From Tepidiformaceae bacterium (GTDB lineage: Bacteria; Chloroflexota; Dehalococcoidia; Tepidiformales; Tepidiformaceae): a stretch of DNA of 25,025 nt. This document shows, one piece after another, positions 18,659 through 25,025 of this stretch. The stretch lies in contig JBDSEP010000029.1 of the NCBI GenBank assembly GCA_039919985.1, forward strand, positions 1 to 25,025. Direction: 5' to 3'. The position numbers and the translations under genes were made by a program. The notes under the pieces are model-generated. The model saw nothing but the letters and a program-made list of their open reading frames with translations, was not told the DNA's origin and made no database searches. Numbering within the stretch: the stretch's first letter is position 1; each line of letters starts with the position of its first letter.

Positions 18659-19449
18659 GCCGAACCGCCCAGTTCGATTGCCCGTTGGTGCGCTGCTCGA
18701 ATCGATTCGATGATCGCCGCCCGCACGGAGGCCTTCTCCAATTCGAAGAGGCCCGCGGCCGTGGTACCTGCCGGAGAGGTGACCATCCCTCGCAGTTCCG
18801 CCGGGCCGCGCTCACTCTCCTGCGCGTAGATCGCCGAGCCGTAGACCGTCTGCAACACCATTTCGGTCGCTTGAGCGCGTGTTAGGCCGATGCCCACCGC
18901 GCCGTCGATCATCGCCTCTATGAAGAGGAAGATGTAGCCCGGGCCGCTGCCGCTGACCGCCGTTGCCATATCCAGCTTCTTCTCGTCTTCGACGTACATT
19001 TCGCGGCCGATGGCGGCGAGTAATCCGCGAGTGAACTCACGCTGCTGGGCGGACACTGCGGGCGTCGCCGTCCACACGGACATACCGGCCTTCACGGCGA
19101 CTGGCGTGTTGGGCATCACCCGCACGATGCGGTCGTGACCGAGTTCGCGCTGAAGGGTGGCCACCCGTACGCCCGCCATGATCGAGACGAGCAGCGCGTC
19201 CGCCGGGAGTTTCGCCCTGACGCTCTGCAAGTCCTGCGGCTTAATGGAAAGGATCGCCACATCGGCTTGCGTAACGCAGGCTGCGACCTCTGCCGTGACG
19301 CTTACGCCGTACTGCGTGGAGAGGGCGGCGCGACGAGCTTCCACAAGCTCGCAGACTGTCACGTCGGCGGGCTGGAGGAGGCCAGCGTCTAGCGTCGCCG
19401 AGAGGATCGCTTCGCCCATCACTCCGCCACCGATGATCGCCACCTTCAT
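18655..19449 (-). CDS. proC: Pyrroline-5-carboxylate reductase
   Basis: IGGGVMG, RVMPNTP, AVSGSGPGY, VTSPAGTT. Confidence 0.95.
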   Translation of the reverse strand: MKVAIIGGGVMGEAILSATLDAGLLQPADVTVCELVEARRAALSTQYGVSVTAEVAACVTQADVAILSIKPQDLQSVRAKLPADALLVSIMAGVRVATLQRELGHDRIVRVMPNTPVAVKAGMSVWTATPAVSAQQREFTRGLLAAIGREMYVEDEKKLDMATAVSGSGPGYIFLFIEAMIDGAVGIGLTRAQATEMVLQTVYGSAIYAQESERGPAELRGMVTSPAGTTAAGLFELEKASVRAAIIESIRAAHQRAIELGGSA

Positions 19450-20132
19450 GAGCGCGCTCCGAAGATCGCGCGGCCGACGCGGATGTGAGTCGCGCCCTCT
19501 TCGATGGCGATCTCGAAATCGTCCGACATGCCCATGGAGAGCGACGGCAGAGCATGGGTCTTGCCCAATGCCCGCAGGCGACGAAACACCGCGCGCGCGG
19601 CGTCCGGCTGGCCCTGGGGCGCGACCGTCATCAGCCCCTGCACAACAACGTTTGGGCAGCGGGCCGCGGCGTCCACGAGCCGCCCGACCTCGGTCGGCGG
19701 GATTCCGAACTTGGACGCCTCTCCAGCAACGTTCACTTCGAGCATGATCCTCTGCGGCTGTGCGGCCGACCGCGCGACGCCCTCAAGTAACCGTTCCGAG
19801 TCGACGCCGTGAAGTATAGCGAACCGCCCCGAGATGGACTTTACCTTGTTGCTCTGGAGGTGGCCGATGAAGTGCCACGCCGGTTGAACCCCATCACTGC
19901 AAAGCTCACGGACCAAGTCCATCTTGGGGATTGCCTCCTGGACGCGGTTCTCGCCGAAGTCGAATAGTCCACGCTCCATCGCAACAACAACAGCAGGGGC
20001 CGGCCAAGTCTTGGTAACCGCGATGAGCGTAACCGTGGCGCTATCCCGCCCGGCGCGCTGACAGGCACTCTCGATACGCTCGCGCACCTCTGCGATGCGG
20101 TCGGCGAGACCCGGTTCGGGGGAGACACTCAC
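19446..20132 (-). CDS. yggS: PLP homeostasis protein YggS/PLPBP
   Basis: LIAVTKT, FGENRVQE, WHFIGHLQSNK, GLMT, LSMGMSDDFEIAIEEGATHIRVG. Confidence 0.95.
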   Translation of the reverse strand: MSVSPEPGLADRIAEVRERIESACQRAGRDSATVTLIAVTKTWPAPAVVVAMERGLFDFGENRVQEAIPKMDLVRELCSDGVQPAWHFIGHLQSNKVKSISGRFAILHGVDSERLLEGVARSAAQPQRIMLEVNVAGEASKFGIPPTEVGRLVDAAARCPNVVVQGLMTVAPQGQPDAARAVFRRLRALGKTHALPSLSMGMSDDFEIAIEEGATHIRVGRAIFGARS

Positions 20133-20398
20133 TCCTTGAGGAAGTCTGGTGGGTGCTTCGCTTCCCAGACGGCGCGGGCGATGAGCGCGAGCACGAGAAT
20201 TGCGACAATCGCGAGACCGGCCAGCGCGCTGAGCGCAAAGATGTAGACGAGTGCCACGAGCGCGAAAATGCCGCCGAACATGATGCCGACAGGAACGGCA
20301 AGCACACGGAAGACCGCGACGATGATCGTGATCGTCTCCTTGAAGCCGCCCGAAGGCTCATCATCTGGCGGCTGGCCGGAGTTGTAGTAGAAGCCCAT
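20129..20398 (-). CDS. Hypothetical small membrane protein (2 TM), first gene of the yggS operon
   Basis: MGFYYNSGQPPDDEPSGG followed by two hydrophobic helices. GTGA overlap with yggS; TATACT 6 nt before ATG 20398. Confidence 0.7.
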   Translation of the reverse strand: MGFYYNSGQPPDDEPSGGFKETITIIVAVFRVLAVPVGIMFGGIFALVALVYIFALSALAGLAIVAILVLALIARAVWEAKHPPDFLKE

Positions 20399-20449
20399 GT
20401 GGGGAGTATACGGCGCTTCCGTCCGACCTCGCGCACGCCAACTTGAACG

Positions 20450-20479
20450 CGAGATGCCCCGCACAGGCGGGGCATCTCG
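20450..20479 (-). terminator. 13-bp hairpin downstream of nrdJ (probable terminator)
   Basis: CGAGATGCCCCGC-ACAG-GCGGGGCATCTCG perfect inverted repeat about 20 nt after the nrdJ stop; U-tract weak. Confidence 0.65.
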
Positions 20480-20500
20480 TTACCGCAAGCTATGCCTACG

Positions 20501-22903
20501 TCACCCGCACTTGTTGTAGAAACAGTTGTGGCACGCCAGGCAGCCCTCCGCGTAGTAGAGGACCGAGCCACATTCGGGGCAGCCGACGCCACTGGCCACC
20601 GCTTCCGAGTGCTTCTTGGCGTCGATACTGGTGTTCGTGCTCGCCACGACCTGGTCGGCGGGAATGAGCGTCGGCTGGACCGCGGCGTTACCCGGGTCGA
20701 ACCGCAGTTCTAGCCAGCGGAAGACGTAATCCACGATGCTGGTGGCGATCGGAATCGACTTGTTGCCCGTCGGGCCACTGGGTTCGAAGCGTGTGTTGCG
20801 AAGCTTCGACGCGAGTACGTTGAGCGGGACGCCGTACTGCAGCGAGTAGCTCGTAAGCATCGCGACCGTGTCCATCAGGCCACTCACCGTCGAGCCCTGC
20901 TTATTGACGTTGATAAACACTTCGCCGGGCGTGCCATCGTCGAACAGGCCAACCGTCATGTAGCCTTCCTGCTCGCCAACGCGGAACTTGTGGGTGATCG
21001 CCTGGCGTTCGTCCGGGAGCTTGCGACGCACCGGGCCCATATGCTGGGTGAGCAGTGCCTGCGCCGCTTCCACGGCCTTTTCGCCGTCGCTCTTGTCCTT
21101 TTCCGCGTGCTTCAGTACTTGCAGGTCGCGCGAACCGTCGCGATAGATAGTGATCCCCTTGCAGCCCGTGCGGTAGGCCAGCTCATAGGCCGTGCGAACG
21201 TCGTCCACGGTGGCGGTGTTCGGGAAGTTGATCGTCTTGGAGACGGCATTGTCGGTCGCCTCCTGGAAGGCGGCCTGCATGCGCACATGCCAGTCTGGGC
21301 TGATGTCGTGGGCGGTGACGAAGGTGTCCTTCACCCACTGCGGCACTTCTGCGCGTTCTGCCAGGTGGCCGCCTTCAGCGAGGAACCGGATCAGTTCGTC
21401 GCTGTAGAAGCCTTCCTGCTTTGCCACGAACTCGAACTGCTCGTTCACCTCGGGAAGCTCTGTGCGTTTCGTCGGGTCGTCCTTGTCCAGGTAGTGCGAA
21501 CGGATGAAGGCGAGCGCGAAGACCGGTTCGATTCCGCCCGAGCAGTCCGCAATGATGCTGAGCGTGCCCGTGGGGGCGATAGTCGTGCGGGTCGAGTTGC
21601 GCATCGGCCGAGGGCCCTCGGTCCCGCGGGGGCCGTAGATCGAATCCGCCCAATCGGGGAAGTTCCCGCGTACCGTCGCCAACTGCTGGGAAGCGGAATC
21701 CGCTTCCTTCTGGATGAAGCTCATCACTTCGCGTGCGAGCTCCAGCGCCTGCTCAGAGCTGTACGGAATCCGCATGTCAATCAGCAGGTCCGACCAGCCC
21801 ATCACTCCGAGGCCGATGCGCCGGATAGCGAGCGAGGTCTCCTGGATCTCCGGAATCGGGTAGCGATTCATCTCAATCACGTTGTCCAACAGGTGCACGG
21901 TGCGCCGCACGACCTGCCGCAGATGCGCCCAATCGAGCTCTTTTGAACCCGCAGCGCCGGTCGTGAAGTGCCCGAGGTTGATCGATCCAAGGTTGCACGA
22001 ATCGTAGGAGTAGAGCGGCTGCTCCCCGCATGGGTTCGTCGATTCCACCGGCCCACGCTTGGGCACGGGGTTCGCCCGGCCAGCATTGATCCGGTCGATG
22101 AAGACGACGCCCGGGTCGCCATTCTTCCAGGCGTGTTCGAACATGGTCTCCCAAATCGCGCGAGCATCCCGCTTGCCCACCGGCTCCCCCGTCTTGGGGT
22201 TGATGATGTCGTAGGTCGTTCCGGCATCCACGGCCTGCATGAAGGCGTCCGTGACCGCCACGCTAATGTTGAAGTTCTGCAGCGTGGTCATATCTGCCTT
22301 CATCTCGATGAAGGCGTCGATGTCCGGGTGGTCAATGCGCAGGATGCCCATGTTGGCGCCGCGTCGTGTGCCCCCCTGCTTTATCGCTTCGGTGGCGGCA
22401 TCAAACACTTTCATGAAGGAGACTGGTCCGCTGGCCACGCCCATGGTGGACTGCACACGGTCGTTCGCCGGCCGCAAGCGGGAGAATGCGAACCCCGTCC
22501 CGCCGCCAGACTTGTGGATGATCGCCGTATGGCGAATCGCCTCGAAGATGCCATCGATCGAATCGGGCACGGGGAGCACGAAACAGGCGGAGAGCTGCTG
22601 GAGTTCGTGGCCGGCGTTCACCAGGGTGGGCGAGTTCGGCAGGAAATCCAGCGACGCCATCAGACGGTAGAAGCTCTCTTCGGCAGCAGCTCGGTCGCCC
22701 TCGGTACCGCCAAACTTCAATTCCGCTTCGGCCAAGTTGCGCGCCACCCGCCGGAAACACTCGTCCGGCTCTTCGATGGCATCGCCCTTGTCATTGCGCT
22801 GGGCGATGCGGCGCTCCATGACGACCTTGGCGTTATCCGAGAGCACAGTTGGTTCGAAACTGCTTGCGCCGGAACCCGATTCTTCCCGAGACGTGGTGAC
22901 CAT
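20501..22903 (-). CDS. nrdJ: Class II adenosylcobalamin-dependent ribonucleotide reductase with C-terminal TSCPD-like/Zn-ribbon domain
   Basis: PNSPTL, QLSACFV, GGGTG, RRGANM, STNPCGEQ, CNLGSINL, APTGTLS, AVSKTIN, CKGITIYRDGSR, terminal CPECG..C..C..C. ATG 22903 follows GGGAGG; no intein or ATP cone seen. Confidence 0.95.
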   Translation of the reverse strand: MVTTSREESGSGASSFEPTVLSDNAKVVMERRIAQRNDKGDAIEEPDECFRRVARNLAEAELKFGGTEGDRAAAEESFYRLMASLDFLPNSPTLVNAGHELQQLSACFVLPVPDSIDGIFEAIRHTAIIHKSGGGTGFAFSRLRPANDRVQSTMGVASGPVSFMKVFDAATEAIKQGGTRRGANMGILRIDHPDIDAFIEMKADMTTLQNFNISVAVTDAFMQAVDAGTTYDIINPKTGEPVGKRDARAIWETMFEHAWKNGDPGVVFIDRINAGRANPVPKRGPVESTNPCGEQPLYSYDSCNLGSINLGHFTTGAAGSKELDWAHLRQVVRRTVHLLDNVIEMNRYPIPEIQETSLAIRRIGLGVMGWSDLLIDMRIPYSSEQALELAREVMSFIQKEADSASQQLATVRGNFPDWADSIYGPRGTEGPRPMRNSTRTTIAPTGTLSIIADCSGGIEPVFALAFIRSHYLDKDDPTKRTELPEVNEQFEFVAKQEGFYSDELIRFLAEGGHLAERAEVPQWVKDTFVTAHDISPDWHVRMQAAFQEATDNAVSKTINFPNTATVDDVRTAYELAYRTGCKGITIYRDGSRDLQVLKHAEKDKSDGEKAVEAAQALLTQHMGPVRRKLPDERQAITHKFRVGEQEGYMTVGLFDDGTPGEVFINVNKQGSTVSGLMDTVAMLTSYSLQYGVPLNVLASKLRNTRFEPSGPTGNKSIPIATSIVDYVFRWLELRFDPGNAAVQPTLIPADQVVASTNTSIDAKKHSEAVASGVGCPECGSVLYYAEGCLACHNCFYNKCG

Positions 22904-22941
22904 TGGTTTTCCTCCCGAGCCTGCCATACGGCAGACCAATC

Positions 22942-22969
22942 AGTATAAAGAACATCTGTTCGTAATCAA
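22942..22969 (-). promoter_or_regulatory. Internal nrdJ promoter (TTGATT-N16-TATACT) with a LexA/SOS box (CGAACAGATGTTCT, 22949-22962) between -35 and -10
   Basis: GAAC-N4-GTTC palindrome matching the Gram-positive/Dehalococcoides LexA consensus, placed in the promoter spacer. Confidence 0.75.
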
Positions 22970-23037
22970 GCGAAAGCGCTAGGGAACGGCGGACTCCAGT
23001 TGGCCGACGGCTAGCGCACTTTGCGGCCGGGTTTGCG

Positions 23038-23604
23038 TCATACGACCGACTCCGCGAGGTCGCGAGTATCGGCGCCGTGGAGCAGCCGGGGCCGCAGGGC
23101 GTCGGGCTGATCGCCGGGCAGAGCGAGCTGAAGCGTCTTTTCTTCCAGCGTCGGGGTACGCCCCGTCTCCAGCGCCTCTACCGCTTCCTTCAGGGACTCG
23201 ATATCGGCGAAGGCGCGATAGACGGAAGCGAAGCGAATGTAGGCGATGTGGTCCAGGCGCCGGAGTGCATCCATGGCGAGTTCGCCGACGAAGGTTGACG
23301 GCACCTCAGGTCGGCCGTCGGCGGCAACGCGGGCCTCGATCTCGAGCGTCACCGCTTCGAGTTGCGCAACCGAAACGGAGCGCTTCTCGCACGCCCGGCG
23401 AAGCCCGGCTAGCAGCTTTTCGCGATTAAACTCCTCGCGGCGGCCGTCCTTCTTGACAACCAGCAGAGTCGAGAGATGCACGGCCTCCATGGTGCTGAAA
23501 CGCTCCCCGCAAGAGATGCACTGCCGGCGGCGGCGGATGCCGTCGTCAGTCGCCCGGCTATCGGTAACCTTAGAATCGCGGAACTGGCAGAAAGGGCAGC
23601 GCAC
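23038..23604 (-). CDS. nrdR: Transcriptional repressor NrdR (Zn ribbon + ATP cone)
   Basis: RCPFC..DSKVTDSR...RRRRQCISCGERFSTME, VVKKDGRREEF, YIRFASVY. GTG 23604 gives the usual MRCP start; ATG 23622 is an alternative. Confidence 0.95.
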   Translation of the reverse strand: MRCPFCQFRDSKVTDSRATDDGIRRRRQCISCGERFSTMEAVHLSTLLVVKKDGRREEFNREKLLAGLRRACEKRSVSVAQLEAVTLEIEARVAADGRPEVPSTFVGELAMDALRRLDHIAYIRFASVYRAFADIESLKEAVEALETGRTPTLEEKTLQLALPGDQPDALRPRLLHGADTRDLAESVV

Positions 23605-23660
23605 GTTGGTGGATAACCTCATGGGTATAGGCGACTAAGCAGTTGATCGGCCGCCCGCGC

Positions 23661-23716
23661 AGTATATTCTCCCACATCTTGTGGCTGTCAACCCCTTGTC
23701 CCACAACATATGGTGT
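23661..23716 (-). promoter_or_regulatory. nrdR-nrdJ promoter (TTGACA-N19-TATACT) with tandem NrdR boxes at 23669-23684 and 23701-23716
   Basis: CTCCCACATCTTGTGG and CCACAACATATGGTGT match acaCwAtATaTwGtgt and are 32 bp apart, as for canonical NrdR-box pairs. Confidence 0.8.
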
Positions 23717-23803
23717 CGAGTTACGTAGCGTCCGATTCTCAATACTCACGGGGATCTGCCACGCAGAAAACTGATATACCGCCGTGAAGCCACGCACCCG
23801 CCT

Positions 23804-24115
23804 CTATCCGCGCCGCGAGAGCGCGCCGCGCTGCGCCAGGAAGAACTGGCAGCCTTCGGTGTCGGTCCAAGGCGAGAGCACTCCGCTGCCCGGATGCAGA
23901 CAGGTGCCGCGCCCGCCCTCCTGGTCCTCGATGAACTCTCGACAACCGCCGCAGAGCGACTGCACGGGCGGCTTCTCGCGGAAGCTTTCGCCCAACAGAA
24001 GCAGATAATCCGAGTCCGGCTTCGCGAAATCCTGGTCATCCTCGGGGAGATGAGCCATTGGAGTCGGCCAGCCGCTAGCCTGGCGTTCGCGCTTGCGCTT
24101 CTTGCGGTGACCCAT
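23804..24115 (-). CDS. Hypothetical small Cys-rich protein (C-x2-C-x13-C-x16-C)
   Basis: Fills the sdhB-nrdR gap, has an ordered four-Cys motif, and has TTGGCA-N18-TAGGCT 6 nt before the ATG. Confidence 0.7.
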   Translation of the reverse strand: MGHRKKRKRERQASGWPTPMAHLPEDDQDFAKPDSDYLLLLGESFREKPPVQSLCGGCREFIEDQEGGRGTCLHPGSGVLSPWTDTEGCQFFLAQRGALSRRG

Positions 24116-24172
24116 ACGCTGAGCCTACCGCTGCTAGGCCGGGGATGCCAACCATCGCGCGCCGCACTGGCG

Positions 24173-24961
24173 CTAGGACTCGTCTGCGACGTCCACCTGG
24201 CGGATCTGGCCGCGCCGGTCCTTGAACTTCGCTTTCAGGTAGTCGCGGTTCATGGATGCGATGAAGTCGATGCTGATGCCCGCCGGGCAGACGGCTTCGC
24301 ATTCGCCGTAGTTGGTGCAGCTCCCGAAGTACATCTCCATCGTGTCCACCATGGAGGTCACGCGTGCCCAGCGCTCCGCCTGGCCCTGCGGGAGCACGTT
24401 GAGGTGGGAGACTTTTGCCGATGTGAATAGCTGTGCTGCGCCATTCGGACAGGCCGCGACACACGCCCCACAGCCGATGCAGGCGGCAGCGTCCATGGCG
24501 ATATCCGCGACAGACTTCGGTACGAGTGTGAGGTTGGCTTCCTGTGCTCCGCCCGTCGGTGCCGTAATAAAGCCGCCAGCCTGGATAATCTTGTCGAAGG
24601 CGCCACGGTCAACCACGAGGTCTTTGATAATCGGGAAGGCGCGGGCGCGCCACGGCTCCACGGTGATGGTGTCGCCGGTGTTGAAGTAGCGCATGTGCAG
24701 CTGACAGGTGGTGGTGGAGGCATTCGGACCATGGGGCGTGCCGTTGATGACGACACCACAGGTACCGCAGATCCCCTCGCGGCAATCGTTATCGAACGCG
24801 ATCGGCTCCTTGTTATCCGCGAGAAGCTGTTCGTTCACCACGTCCAGCATTTCGAGAAACGACATGTGATCGTTGATCTCATTGGCCTGGTAGGTTTCGA
24901 ATCGGCCTTCGGCTGTTGGGCCATCCTGGCGCCAGACCTTCAGTGTCAGCGAGAGGTTCAC
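24173..24961 (-). CDS. sdhB: Succinate dehydrogenase/fumarate reductase iron-sulfur subunit
   Basis: [11 protein letters not shown]...TTTCQ (2Fe-2S), [24 protein letters not shown]. Confidence 0.93.
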   Translation of the reverse strand: MNLSLTLKVWRQDGPTAEGRFETYQANEINDHMSFLEMLDVVNEQLLADNKEPIAFDNDCREGICGTCGVVINGTPHGPNASTTTCQLHMRYFNTGDTITVEPWRARAFPIIKDLVVDRGAFDKIIQAGGFITAPTGGAQEANLTLVPKSVADIAMDAAACIGCGACVAACPNGAAQLFTSAKVSHLNVLPQGQAERWARVTSMVDTMEMYFGSCTNYGECEAVCPAGISIDFIASMNRDYLKAKFKDRRGQIRQVDVADES

Positions 24962-25025
24962 TTGTAGCTCCTCTGGGTCGGATGCGCGTATTCGAACTCG
25001 AGCTGCTCTTTGTGGAGCGTGGCGG
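24958..25025 (-). CDS. sdhA: Succinate dehydrogenase/fumarate reductase flavoprotein subunit, C-terminal fragment
   Basis: Hand translation [21 protein letters not shown]-stop, a typical SdhA terminus; GTGA overlap with sdhB. Confidence 0.85.
   Translation of the reverse strand, partial: ATLHKEQLEFEYAHPTQRSYK

Noticed and set aside
22904-23037. Cobalamin riboswitch upstream of B12-dependent nrdJ
   Set aside because: No B12-box or GGGAA/GCCCCCGC core on the coding strand; the space is accounted for by a promoter and LexA box.
23772-24008. Plus-strand TG-A-TATACC followed by a 74-aa ORF antisense to the Cys-rich gene
   Set aside because: The GTG is only 3 nt after the hexamer, the peptide looks non-coding, and nothing else supports an antisense transcript.

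Overview
High-GC bacterial chromosomal window. Gene content, a large Alu-containing SRP RNA, the nrdR-nrdJ pair and a GAAC-N4-GTTC SOS box suggest Chloroflexota, probably Dehalococcoidia (inference). It is mostly housekeeping: mutS2-rarA, biotin carboxylase plus carrier protein, SRP RNA-rsmA-ispE, a PHP protein, a CaCA antiporter, three tRNAs, an ABC-2 exporter, yggS-proC-yggT-yggT, nrdR-nrdJ and sdhAB. I found no mobile element, CRISPR array or rRNA. The best candidate for an undescribed system is at the left end. It comprises a CbbQ/NorQ-type AAA+ ATPase (only the C-terminus is visible), a metallophosphoesterase, a 1076-aa NorD/CbbO-like VWA protein with eight ~37-aa helical repeats, and a histidine phosphatase, with no visible RuBisCO or NO-reductase client. 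A structured, heptamer-repeat spacer lies between the first two genes. Other notable signals are a rare tRNA-Arg(GCG), a LexA box inside an nrdJ-specific promoter in addition to tandem NrdR boxes, and five genes with a -10 hexamer exactly 6 nt before the start codon (leaderless). There is also a small four-Cys protein with HiPIP/BssB-like spacing, a Cys-free DUF2703-like protein and a possible AUA-initiated second yggT. All assignments come from motif recognition by eye; no database searches were run.
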